Shown: piece after piece, positions 37,575 through 50,241 of the stretch | Numbering within the stretch: position 1 is the stretch's first letter | How the letters are laid out: the number at the start of each line of letters is the position of its first letter | Origin: Takakia lepidozioides | Taxonomy: Eukaryota; Plantae; Bryophyta | Assembly: GCA_030704615.1 (NCBI GenBank) | Contig: CM060732.1 | Coordinates: forward strand, 26,164,001 to 26,228,000 | DNA: 64,000 nt | Direction: 5' to 3' | The notes under the pieces: model-generated | What the model was told of the DNA's origin: nothing | The model's input: the letters and a program-made list of their open reading frames with translations, nothing else | The model's database searches: none | Position numbers and translations under genes: made by a program

Positions 37575-40500
37575 TCACAGTCCCAATGGGGGTAATTTGA
37601 GATCCCTTGACCGTGTCCTTACAGAAACTCCTCTCCTTGAAATTGAGCTACGCTGGCTTTCAGAATTTATGTCATCCTTCCTCAACATGTCAGCCTCCTG
37701 CTCTGCCCGTTTCTCTGCCCATATTTTCGCCTTTTGAACTGCACTCTCCATCCCTTCAGCTTCTTGACCTCCCTCTGCGATCCTCGAAGAAACTCTTCCA
37801 ATCCGTGGAATTGGATTACGCAGACTCTCTGCAATGAAGTCAAACTTCCTCAACTTGCCGCCCTCCGGCTCCTCCCCTTCTTCTGGCCTCCCTGCCACCT
37901 TTCCAGCTGTATTCTCTATTCTTACAGCTTCTAGGGCTCCCCCTGTGCTAAACGCACCTCCTCTCTTCTCTTCTTGGCTTCCGTCACGATCTTTCTGGAT
38001 TCCTCGACTGGAAACTCTCTGCTCATTTCCCCTTATGCCGAATTGCTCTTTATCATCACTTATTCCAAGCCCTCCTGCCAGCTTCTTCAACCCCTCACTG
38101 CTGCTAATCTCCCTGTATTCATTCTTCTCTGACTTCATAGTGCCCTCTTCACTGTCTCCCTGGTAAATCCTCTCATGTTTCTTCTTGTCGAACTTCTCAT
38201 TGTGATCAGCTTCATCATCATCTCCCTTGGCTTTCTTCTCCTTCTTCTCCGCTAACTCCTTCCCATCTTCAGTTTTTCCACCCTCTTGCTCGGATTTTTT
38301 GGCCTTTTTCTCCTCCTTCTCTAACTCTTCACCCTCTTGAGTTTCTCCCTTGGCCTTCTTCTCCTTCTTCTCCTTCTCCTTTTTGGACTTCCCCTCACCC
38401 TCCTCAGCTTCCTCATCTTCTCCTTTGGCCTTCTCCTTCTTCTTCTTCTTCTTCTCGGAATCTTCACCACCTTCAGTTTCATCACCCTCTTCCTCTGCCT
38501 TCTTTTCCTTCTCCTTCTCCTTCTTCTCGGACTCTTCACCACCTTCAGTTCCGTCATCCTCTTCCTCTGCCTTTTTCTCCTTCTTCTCTTTCTTCTTTTT
38601 GGCCTTCTCACTGTCATCCTCATCATCATCTTCTCCCTTCTCCTTCTCCTTCTTCTTCTTCTTTTTCTTCTCCGATTCCTCCTCACCATCTTCAGTTGCA
38701 TCACCGCCTCCCTTCTCCTTGTCCTTCTTCTTCTTCTTTTTCTCCGAATCCTCACCATCTTCAGTTGCATCACCCTCTCCCTTGTCCTTCTTGTCCTTCT
38801 TGTCCTTCTTCTCACCCTTTTCATCATCCTTTGCTTTCTCCTCCAAGGCCTTGACCTTTTCCTCAATGTCACCACGGAAGGTGGCCATGCGTGTTTCCCA
38901 GTATCGCGTGGTGGTGAAGGTGCAGTGAATGTGACCCTCAATGCTCCATTTGAGCTGAGTGTCGTTCATGGATTTTGGGAAGCGCCACATGAGGGTGTCA
39001 GCAAAGTCATTGCCGGTAAAGATGATGCCACCCTCACTGGTGAAAGGGAGAGAATGAAGTGGGTTTCCTGGCACGCGCCTCCCAAATCGCCATACCGATG
39101 TTGCCTCAGCCATGCGCTGCGGGTTGAGGCGATTGAACTCTTGCCCTTTCATTCCCTGCAGTGTCCATACAAAGCTGCCACCTCGATTTCCATGCACCGG
39201 CAGCTGCTCAAATCTCCACGGTGTGTTTTTGACAGTAGTAGATACTGAAATCCCCGCTGACACTCCAAAAGTTGCCCTTGCTCCTCCTGTAACCACATCA
39301 GTGATACCTGTGCTGGCGGACACCCGCTCACCAACTCCTACCTTGAAGGTTTGATTGGCTGATGAGTTGGTCATGGTCACACCTGTTCCCTCTGATGTCT
39401 CAGGCATTACTGACAAAAAGATGAGGGAGGGAAAATGCCCCATGCGGTGGTCATCCCACCGGGAGTTATCAACCTTACATCTCACATGGTTGATCCGTAC
39501 TGTCACCTGCATTTCCATCCATGTACTACTCGGTCACAGTTTCTTCTCACCAACCAAAACCAATGATAGCATGAGAACTATTGGGCGTCAACACAAAATG
39601 AGGTGCAGAATCTCGCTCCCTCATTCTCTCTCCGCCCATGGCCCCATTCGCCACTACCCTCTCTCTCTCCAGACGCAAAAGCACACTACCTACTGAGTAC
39701 ATTCCCTTCTCTGCAGCTCAAGGCAACAAAGCGGCACATGAATTGGCACCTGGAGAAAGGTGGGGGTCGCCTCTACGGTTTCAACCAGCTGGATATTGAT
39801 CCGGGCGCGCTGATTGAACAAGTCAGTCAGTTGCTTGTAGCGCCTAAACGGCTCGTCCTCCATATAGCACTGTTCCACCGGCATCAGCAGCAGGGGCACC
39901 TCGAGCTGCAGTTCCCAAAGCCCATTCTGCGCCTGCGCCACACAACGGGATCGTGAGGCAGAGGGCCGTGGAGAGTCCCGGCCACCACGCTGGATGTGAC
40001 TCCATAGTGCGTGCAAAATGACATCTTTATACTGGCGGGTGCTAAGCTCCTCCACCAGCTGGTACATGAGAGTGTCGATGCGCGTCCTAAGGGCAATGAT
40101 CTTCTTCTCCTCCGCATCAAATCCATGTTTTCCACCCTGAGAACTGTCTGCCAGCAGTGTGTTCTCCAGTCCCCGCTGCCTGAGGAGCACCCTGAAAACT
40201 TCGCCATGCCCATTCGCGGCAGCAACCAACCCTGCACGCCAGAGGAAGAAGGTCCTAAATGTGGCCCTGGTGGCCTCATGCAGAATCTCCTGATTTCCCC
40301 GCAACCCTCGCAATTCCCACACCCCCGACTCAAATGAAGGTGTAGCTCCCGGCAGCAGACCTCTGACAGAGAGCAGCCTCTGCCGCCAGTCGTCGCCTGC
40401 CCCCGTCAGCGGGACCTCCACAAAAGGATAGCCATCATCACGATATTTGGTGGCGATCACATACCCCATCAGGGACAGACTACATGACCCCGACGTTCTC

Positions 40501-40922
40501 AGCAGCTCCTGCACCACCTCCACCTGATTCTGTTCAGCAGCCTTGAAGAAAGCAAACGCGCTGAACGTGCCAGTCACGAGACTGGCGCTCAGCTCCCGCG
40601 CCTGGATGTCACGAAGCCGGTGCACACAGTGAATTCTCCCCCTGTGAGCCGCCTGCACCAGCGCATGCCCCACTGCCGGCGGATCCACAGAGTCCTCAAT
40701 CAGCAGTGCCGCTACCTTGCGGTGCGGAAACAGCACATCCCCCGAATTCCCCACCTCCGTCGCATCTCGCCATACAGCCCGAATTTCTGGTCTCTGAATC
40801 TCCTCCCTTGCAATCTCCACCGCCTCCTCCACATGTATCTCCCCTACCTTCACCGCCGCCCTCTCTGCATCTCGCAATGCACTCTCCAAATTCGGATATT
40901 CCCACTTCCCACCACCTTCCAT
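37575..40922 (-). CDS. Uncharacterised ~1034-aa protein: ankyrin-like repeats + beta-rich domain with amphipathic hairpin + K/E-rich repeats. Exons 40922-39750, 39506-37575
   Basis: Two long ORFs joined by a phase-0 GT-AG intron (FLQ|VTVRIN); motifs ALVQAAHRGRIHCVHRL, FFKAAEQNQVEVVQELL, LVAAANGHGEVFRVLL. Confidence 0.8.
38200..38850 (-). repeat. Coding tandem repeat, ~8 units of ~66-75 bp, alternating acidic and poly-Lys blocks
   Basis: GDATEDGEDSEKKKKKKDKEKG / GDATEDGEEESEKKKKKKKEKEKG / GTEGGEESEKKEKEKEKKAEEE / ETEGGEDSEKKKKKKEKAKG. Confidence 0.9.
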
Positions 40923-41137
40923 CGCAATCTCTCTCCACTCTCCACTGCACCGCACCCACCCACCTTCACACTCGCCCGCAATCACTCGCCCGCATCGCCT
41001 CAGCTCCTCTTGTCTTCTTGTCTTCGTTCCCGCGGAGACGACTCTCGCACTGTGAAGAATTAGTCCGATAGTCCTGCCCCTGCCCCCTGCCCGTCGTTAA
41101 TTAATTATTTATTTGTTTTATAAAATTGCATTTGAAT

Positions 41138-41411
41138 CAGTGTTTTTTTTTCAAATTTGGAAAAGAACAAGAGTGGCTACTGAGGCAATAGCCATATTTT
41201 CTGTTCATCCACCTAAATTTGGACAGAGTCATCCTCCTCTGTACTTTCATCCATGTATATCATCCATTTTAGGATAATTCATCCAGTATTTAAATTGTTT
41301 TGGAGAATTTTGGCGATTTCATCCATGAGAAAATAGGGAATTTACGACAGAATACTCGATTTGTTTTTGATGTCGAAAAAGTGCGAAGTTTCGCCAGAAA
41401 TAAAAACACTG
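41138..41411. mobile_element. hAT MITE (274 bp) about 215 bp upstream of the ankyrin-like gene ATG
   Basis: TIR CAGTGTTTTT / AAAAACACTG; perfect 8-bp TSD ATTTGAAT (41130-41137, 41412-41419); internal TTCATCC repeats. Confidence 0.92.
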
Positions 41412-42993
41412 ATTTGAATCTTCATTTGAAGTGTTGTAAGGGCGGGCTGTCGGGCAGATTCCAGAACAATTATCCACTCTAACCAAACCCTAATCATCGC
41501 GTTTTGTCGATTAGGGTTGGGCGGATTCCCGAGAGGGAGTCCCTGCGCAGATTCTGTGAAGAAGAAGATGCAGACGAAGGTGTCTAGTGTGTACATACGT
41601 TTGTTGGCAGAGCGACGAGACGATGTTGCTGGCCCACCACGACCGAGCTGGTCACCGTGACATCACGCGCTATAAACAGGGACTCAGGAGGGAGGACTTG
41701 TCAGTTTCTCACGCTCACGCGGCTTGCCGATCATCCAGGCCCTGGACTGGAGATCCTGTCGTCCAAGGTCCACCATGACTCTCAACTCTCAACTCTAAAC
41801 TCGACTCTGAAGTCAATTAAGGAAGATCTCCATGAGTTTTGTCATTTACTTACGTGGATGCCTCTCGCGACAAGCTGTCTATTATGTAGATCGTTGTCTT
41901 TTTAGGTGTGTAGGACGTTGCCATGCAGTCCGATAGATCTACGGTGGTCCCAGGTCAGCCGGTCACTTACTAATGATCTGCTTCTCTCTAGTCCATGGGC
42001 TGTGGCAACTTCCCTGCCACAAGGTAAAGAAAAGCCCCACAAGATTGATCACTCTGCCTATAAATCTTACTCATTATCGGACGATAATCATGGAGTTCAG
42101 GGTTTCGTAAGTACTATTTAAATTGAAAGGAAGTTCGAGCAGCAATGCGTTTCACGGTAGTTACAGGAAGGCTGAACTCGTTAGTTTCGTACAATGAACT
42201 CAACCAAGGTGACAAAACTTGCACTAAAAACTTCAATTTAACTGGTATTCAGTAACCTTTGCTACACATTGAGTAATGAGCTTGGATGATGCTTAAGACC
42301 CACAAAGATGTCGCATTCCATGGGGGAATGGTCTTGCAAGCACATTCGTACAATATGCAATTTCTTACCAGTAATTCTTAAAAGCTGGATCCCAAGCCTT
42401 ACTAGGTTGTAGAAACAGTGAAAGTGATTGCAACAAGGAACGAGCAGATCAAACCATTTCACACAGTTCTGACTGGAAACATTCTCCATGGTGTAGTCAC
42501 TCACCCACCAGGAGGCTCCCTGCCTTGTGCAAGATCCAGTGCACCACACCTTAAGGTGCTGCAAAGGCCTGCCATTAGACCATTAGCCATGCCCTTCAGA
42601 AAATAGGTTGTTTCACACAGAGTGTGCTCAAGTAATAGGAGGCACTTCACTGCAACGGATGTAGAAGTCCGAGCTATAGAGATGCACTAGCTGGTTCATG
42701 GTATCTGGAATATCAGATTTCAGAAATTGCCCGCCACATCAAACTAAACCTGCAGGTGCCAGTTATGAAATGTTAAAACTGGATATCAAACCCAATCAGA
42801 GAAAGCCTCGATGCTGGGCTCATGACCACAAATTGTGACAAATCTGACAGCAAAAGAGAGAGAGACAGAGAAACACGTACCTGTGATAGTTTATAAGTGG
42901 AGCCTCGGAGTAACCCAGGAGAGAGATTTCACCACAGCTCAAGCAGGTCCAAATAATTTGAAAGATGATGCTTGACGCTTGTTTCACTTATCA

Positions 42994-45695
42994 TCACCAG
43001 GAAACTCCATAAGAACACAGCCCCTTCTTGAAGTCATGAATACGATTAACATCCCTTTCAACAATTTCTCACCCAGCTATCTTGGGAGGTAAACTTTGTT
43101 GTAGTGTGGCAATCACCACATATACAAAGGTTCTTGATTATGTGGGTAGGTCTCCTGGCGGACGTGCTGATGATCCCAAAAGAGATGGCCAGTGTTTTGT
43201 TGTCGTGCAGAGAGCCTACTCTTTTGTCTGCTGATCCCCATCATGCAGCAACAACATCTCGGGTGACTCCGCTATCTGCCTTGTTGATTTTTCATCAATC
43301 TATGGCGATTTTAGGTTGATCCATCTCTGCAAAGAATGTATGTACCCTGTTCTTGACATCAATGCGGCTGCACCCTGGCTCCTCCTTCACATATCTATCT
43401 TTCGTTGTGTCTCTGACTTTTGCTATGTCATCTCACCTGCCAGCATAGATGTTTGATAGCAATACCTATACTGCACAATTCTGTGAATCCAACTTGAGGA
43501 CACATTTGGCAGCACGTTCTGCCAGCTCCACATTGTTATGGGTTCTACATGCACCAAGCAAGGTCCCCCATACCAAAGCATCTGGTTTCATTGGCATCTT
43601 GTTGATAAAATCCTCCGCTTCATCTAAATGCCCTGCCCTAGCAAGAAGATCGACCATACAGCCATAGTGCTTGCGTGTTGGTGTAATGCCATGATCTGCA
43701 CTCATGGACTGGAAGAGGAGGCGACCTTCGTTCACTAGGCCCAGATGACTACAGGCCGAGAGAACACCAATGAATGTGACGTAGTCCGGTTTCGCACCTT
43801 CCCTCTGCATTTGCTCAAAAAACTGAAGGGCCTCCTGACCGTGCCCATGCTGGGCACATCCATTGATCATTGCCGTCCACGAGACGACGTCTGGTTGAGG
43901 AATCCTGTCAAACACTTGCTGTGCATCGCCCACACTCCCACTCTTGGCGTACATGTCAACAAGAGCATTAGCTATGCGCATATCTGACTCCAATCCAGAT
44001 TTGATGATGAGGCCATGGACCAACTTGCCCTCGGCCAGGGCTGCCAGGCTGGCGCATGCATTGAGAATGCTAATGAAAGTGACCTTGTTAGGGACCACAC
44101 CTTCCAATTGCATTTGCTGAAATAGCAACAGCGCCGCCTCACCATCACCATGCTCAGCACATCCCCCAATCATCGCAGTCCATGACATCACATTTCTTTC
44201 ACTCATCTTGTCAAACACTCCCCGGGCAAGCACCACACTCCCACACTTGCAATACATACTCACAAGAGCAGTCCCCACACGAACATCTGACTCAACTCCA
44301 GCCTTGATGATCAGGGCGTGAACCCATCTTCCCTCTCTCAGAGCTGCCAGGCCACAGCACGCATTGAGGATGCAAACGAAGGTGACCTTATTTGGCTTCA
44401 CACCATCCCTCTGCATTTGGCGAAAGAGTAGGAAAGCCTCCTCACCATCACCGAGCTTAGCAAATCCTGCAACCATCGCTGTGTATGTTATTACATTCCG
44501 TTCAGACATTTGATCAAACATTTGGCGTGCATCCACCAGACTCCCGCATTTGCAGTACATGTCGACAAGGGCATTGCCCACTCGGACATCTGACTCGAAT
44601 CCAGCTTTGACGATGCCCGCATGAAGCCGTTTGCCCTCCTCCAGAGTTTCTGGGCTGCCACATGCCTTGAGGATGGAAATGCATGCGACAACGTCTCTGG
44701 TTGGCATTTTGTCAAACACTTTCCGCGCATCCACCACACTACCACACTTGCAATACATGTTGACAAGGGCAGTGCCCACTTGGATGTCTGACTCCAATCC
44801 AGCTTTGACGATGCCTGCATGGAACCGCTTGCCGTCTTCCAGAGCCGCTGCGCTCCTGCATGCATGCAGAATGCTCATGAAAGTCACCTTGTTTGGCTCC
44901 ACGCCTTCTCGTTGCATTTCCCGAAAGAGTTGAAATGCCTCTTCTCCACGCCCTTGCTGAGCTAATCCGGCAATCATCGCAGTCCATGAGATTACATTCC
45001 GTTCAGGCATTTTGTCGAACACTTGACGTGCATCCACAATACTCCCGCACTTGCAGTACAAGCTGACAAGGATGTTCCCGAGGAAGATATTTGGTTCAAA
45101 CCCACTTTTCCTTATGTGTGCATGGACACCCTTCCCATCTGCCAGGGCCTTCGTCTTGGCATACCCCTGCAAGAGAAGAGCACAGGTATCTGCATATTCC
45201 CGAAAGCCCTGTTGCTCCATAAGATCTAGAAGCTGCAGGGTTTCCTTCAATCCTCCCACCTTGGTCGCATCCCTGCGAGTTCCCCAACTTTCCGTGGTGC
45301 TCCTCCCTTCGTTCTTTGCTGTTGTGCTTTGCGGTTCATTAGAGGTAGTGCTGATAGCCCAAGTGCTTAGAGATGTACTCTTGCCCCGACTCTCATGCCC
45401 AACAATTGGCTGATTCCAGATTTGATACGCCCTCGCGCTGCATGACGAACATCCCAAAAAGATCAATGCCGACTTCTGTTGCTACTTCAATGTCAGCTCT
45501 CATAGAAATCAGCTTTAAACTACTTACACGCTTTTACTTTCTCATCTTCTCATCTTGTTTGGTTCACACTACTTGGAGAGACGAAGCAGAGCATACCGAA
45601 AACTCCAAATTTGCCTTGAGAAGCCCATCACAAGGATGGGCGCGCCGATATCTTGACCGCTCGGTGATACTCGTGGAAGGTATAATGCAGTTCAT
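42994..45695 (-). pseudogene. PLS-PPR gene 1: open 16-motif PLS array ending at TAG 43466, followed by a decayed E2/DYW relic (pseudogene or truncated PPR)
   Basis: ORF 45466-43466 intact; downstream relic reads V*VLLSNIY..R*DD..EPGCSRI, LAISFG, IIKNLCICGDCH, CSYGVSW** with stops, frameshifts and loss of HSE. First exon 45695/45628-45597. Confidence 0.88.
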
Positions 45696-45862
45696 CCTGT
45701 TGTTGTTGAGTGAGCGCGTTTGCTTCTCATTGAAATGACATGTACAGAACCCCGCGAGTAGTTCGCTTAGTGAATCACTATCCTTGCTCTGATGGACTCA
45801 GTCTAACACTCAGTGAACGAGAGAGGCTAAAGAGAGAGAGCCTCTGACGCACGAGGACCTGA

Positions 45863-46321
45863 GGTCTCTTCCATACTAGCGACCGGACAAAACACTTTGT
45901 CCACTGTTTCGGCCGCTTCAGAGATGCCACGTCATCAAAAGTTGTGGGAAGAAGTTGCTGGAACCAGCGGACGATAGCATTTTCACACAAAGTAGTGGAC
46001 AAAAAGGGTCCACTGGACAAGATATCGCGCTCCCTATGCTTTGGCAAAGGTACATGGTGCAGAGAAAGAGGAGCGATGAGACCCACTGACAGGCTTCGTT
46101 AGGTTTTGTCCAGTGGACAAGATTTGGGGCTATTACCCTGGCCCCAAATTTGCTTTGCTTTGTCCGCTGAGGTGGCTCAATTGGAGCGATGACTCAGCAC
46201 ATTGGAGAGACTCCTCTTCACTGGACAAAGCCAAGTCTGAAAGCATGTAGCGGACAAAATCCGGTTTTTAACCAATCAGAGTGCAAGTTCATTTTGTCCT
46301 GTCGCTAGTCTGGAACGGCCC
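45863..46321. mobile_element. PIF/Harbinger (Tourist-like) MITE, 459 bp
   Basis: 30-bp TIR with 25/30 match (GGTCTCTTCCATACTAGCGACCGGACAAAA vs GGGCCGTTCCAGACTAGCGACAGGACAAAA); 3-bp TSD TGA on both sides; internal GGACAA repeats. Confidence 0.85.
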
Positions 46322-47251
46322 TGAGTCTATAGCAACAACATTTTGCAACCACAGGATGGTTCCACACTTTTGAGCATCGTCTATGGTTCTGGAGGTTGGC
46401 TGTTGGGGGGCCACCCTTCCGTCTGGTATTGTGCTTGCCTTTTAGTCCCGGAGCTTCCCCATGTAACCTGAGGCTTTTGGTGTCAGTGATGATGTGTGAG
46501 CCAAGTCTTGTCATAATTTGCATGGTCAAGCTCACTCAGGTATGCCAAAGGAAAGGCCCACCAGGAATGATTTTGAAGGATAAAAAGACCCTGAATCAGA
46601 TAGTTGTTGCATGAAGCACTCGGCCAAGGTTAAAAGGCTTTCATTTGATCTCCCACTCTATGCCAGTAGTGGAGAATAGAGCAATGATTTCAGGTGGTTC
46701 CAGTTTATTGATATCAATTTTCAAGTGGTGGTGAACACCACAATGCTGAACTCTGTCTGCGAAACTTGTGCAAGGTTGCTGGTTGAGTATCAGGAGTGTC
46801 ATGGCATCATAAAGACGCACTTGTTGACTTGTTAACCACTTGTTGACTTGTTGCCAATGCCATGTACCCCTAAGGTCATAGCCCTGTGGGATGTGACCCC
46901 AACCCAAGCTGGTTGTGGGGTTTTAGTGCATCCAGGGTATGTAGGGCCGCCCAAATTGCCGTAGGAGGTGAGCACAGCTGATGGCAATCCAGACACAGAA
47001 AATTCAGTGTCTGTGATGCCCTGACACCGACATCACGCACAGGGAGTATGAGGTTGACCCACCAACACTCCTCTAGCCCACCAGAATTGCAACAGAGGTG
47101 TGATTATGTCAGAGACGGGCAAAGATCGCTCATGAATGCAGCCTTCTGGATGTGGGAGTGAGCCTCAGAGAGAGGGAGGATTCCAGACAGATTGGGAAGA
47201 CCAACAAGACCGAAATAAAAGGAAGGATAACGTTTGCTGCCTGTCTCATGA

Positions 47252-50241
47252 TCACCAATACTCCCCACATGAACACAAGCCATTGCTGAAGTGATGAAAG
47301 CGGTTGGCATCCCTTGCCACAATTTCTCGTCCAGCAATCTTGGAGATGAACTTGGTGGCAGTATGGCAATCACCACATACGCGAAGGTTTTTGATTATGC
47401 GGATAGGTATCCCCGGGGGCATGCTAATGAGGCCAAAAGCAATGGCCAGCTTTTCGCTGTGGTAGCACAGAGTCTGTTCCTTTGATTGCTGATCCAAATC
47501 ATGTAATACGAAGCGTGTGTCTGGAACATATCCCGCCTCCTTCATCTGGCCAGCCAATTTTTCCAACTCGGCATATATCTCCTCTGTTTGTGGGTGTGAT
47601 CTATCATCTACAGCAAATGTGTGTACCCTGTCTTTGACCTTGATCCAGCTATGCCCTGGCTCCTTCTTCACACCTCGGTCCTTCATTGCTTGTCTCACCT
47701 TTTCTATATCGGCCCACCTGCCAGCTGCAGCATAGATGTTTGAAAGCAGCACATAAACTGCAGCATTTTGGGGTTCCAACTGGAGAACACATTCTGCAGC
47801 GCGTTCTGCTAGTTCCATATTGCAATGGATCCTGCAGGCGCCAAGCAAGGCTCCCCATACAGAAGCACTTGGTTCAACAGGCATGCTGTTGATGAAGGCC
47901 TCCGCCTCGTCCAAGCGGCCTGCACGGCCAAGAAGGTCAACCATGCAGCTGCAGTGCTTCGATGTTGGTGTGATGCCATGTGCTTGACTCATAGAAATGA
48001 AGATATGATGGCCTTCATCCACTAAGCCCATATGGCTGCATCCAGAAAGGACACCAATGAATGTGACCTCATTTGGCTTCACTCCTTCACAGAGCATCTG
48101 TTCAAAGAGTTGGAGAGCATCCTTTCCATGCCCGTGCTGAGCATATCCATTGATCATTGACGTCCATGAGACCACATCTCGTTTGCAAATTGCGTCAAAT
48201 ACTTTCTGCGCATTCCCCACCTTCCCGCACTTGGCATACATGTCAACAAGGGCATTCCCTACTCGAACATCTGACGCTAACCCAGATCTGTTGATGAGGT
48301 CATGGAGCCACATGCCCTCTTCCAGAGCTGCCGTGCTGGCACAAGCATTGAGGATGCTAATGAAACAGACCTCGTCAGGCTTCACACCTTCTTGTTGCAT
48401 TTGCCGAAAGAGTGCAAAAGCCTCCTCAAGGTGATCATGCTGAACAGATCCAGCAATCATGGCTGTCCAGGAGATCACATTCCGTGCAGGCATTTTGTCA
48501 AACACTCGGCGCGCATCCCTCACGCTCCCACAACTGCAATACATGCTGACAACGGCACTCCCAACTCGGACATCTGCCTCAAATCCAGCTCTAATAATAT
48601 CCACATGGAGTCGCTTGCCATGTTCCAGAGCTGCTGGGCTGACACATGTTTTGAGGATACTAATGAAAGCGACCACATCCCGCTTAGGCATCCTATCAAA
48701 TACTTGCTGTGCATCCACCATACTCCCACACTTGCAATACATGTTGACAAGGGCAGTCCCCACCCCGACATCTGACTCCAGTCCAGCTTTGACGATGTCC
48801 ACATGGACCAACTTCCCCTTGCCCAGGGTACATGCATCCAGGATGCTCATGAAAGTGACCTTGTCTGGCACTTCGCCTTCTTGTTGCATTTGCTGATACA
48901 ATTCAAGAGCCTCTTCAGCATGCCCTTGTCTAGCTAGTCCTGCAATGATTGCATTCCATGAGATCACATCTCGCTCGGGCAATTTGTTGAATACCTGGAG
49001 AGCATCCACAGGACTCCCACACCTGCAATATACATTCACAAGGGCAGTCCCCACTTTGACATCTGACTCCAATCCAGCTTTGATGATGGCTGCATGAAGC
49101 CACTTGCCCTGATCCAGGACTACTGGGCTGGCACATCCTGTCAGAATGCTCATGAAAGTAACTTTATTTGGCTCCACAACCTCACGTTGCATTTGCACAA
49201 GGAGTTCAAATGCCTCCTTCCCATGCCCTTGCTGAGCTAATCCTGCAATCATCGCAGTCCATGAGACCACGTCCCGGTTAGGCATCTTTTCAAACACTTC
49301 TCGTGCATTCACCACACTCCCACACTTGCAATACATGCTAACAAGGGCATTACCCACCGCAACATCTGCATCCAACCCAGCCTTGATGATACACGCATGA
49401 AGCCGCTTGCCAGGATCCAGGGATAATGGGCTGGCACATGCGTTCAGGATGCTCATGAAAGTGACATTGTTTGGCTCCACACCTTCTCTTTGCATTTGCA
49501 GAAAGAGTCCAAATGCTTCTTGACTATGACCTTGTTTAGCTAATCCTGCAATCATGGCAGTCCAGGAGACCACATTCCGTTCAGGCATTTTGTCGAATAC
49601 TTGACGTGCATCCACAATACTCCCGCACTTGCAATACATGGTGATGAGGGTGTTTCCTAGGAAAATGTTCGGCTCAAATTCACTTTTATTAATGTGGGCA
49701 TGGACACTTCTGCCATCTGCCAGGGCCTTAGTCTTGGCATAACCCTGCAAGAGACGACCACAGGTATCAGAGTATGCCCAAAATCCCCGTTGCTCCATCG
49801 AATCCAAAAGGAGCAGGGCCTCTTCCCCCGTGCACGCTGTGCTCACATCCCTCCTAGCTCTCCGGGTGCCCTCGTTGCTCCCTTCCTGTGATTTTGAATC
49901 GCGGCCTCCATTGGACGCAATACCCTTGATTCCACTTTGATGCCCAAGAAGAGGCTGGTTGTGATTCCACAATCGGAACCCCACCCCCCTGCGTAATAAA
50001 CATCCCAGAAATCAATGCGTAATTTCGTAGGCCTTCCATACCATCTGTTCACAAGCAACACTTTCAACAAGAAGTTCACATTGCCACGCCGCCCATTTCG
50101 TTTGATTCACACTAGACGCAAGAGAGATGGGAAAAAACATACCGCACGCTGCCAATTTGTCTCTGACAGCCCATCATGACGATACCAGCTGCTGAATCTT
50201 GAGCACTGAGTGTCACTAATACGAGGCATAATGCGGTTCAT
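47252..50241 (-). CDS. PLS-PPR gene 2: DYW-class organellar C-to-U RNA editing factor (19 PLS motifs + E1/E2 + DYW, ends EYW)
   Basis: PG box PGHSWI, HSEKLAIAFG, KNLRVCGDCH, RFHHF..CSCGEYW. First exon 50241/50174-50143, main exon from 49988 (or 49954). Confidence 0.95.

Noticed and set aside
38321-39248. Long Leu-rich, Ser/Phe-rich and Arg-rich ORFs
   Set aside because: Antisense and alternate-frame shadows of the K/E repeat, which lacks stop codons in those frames
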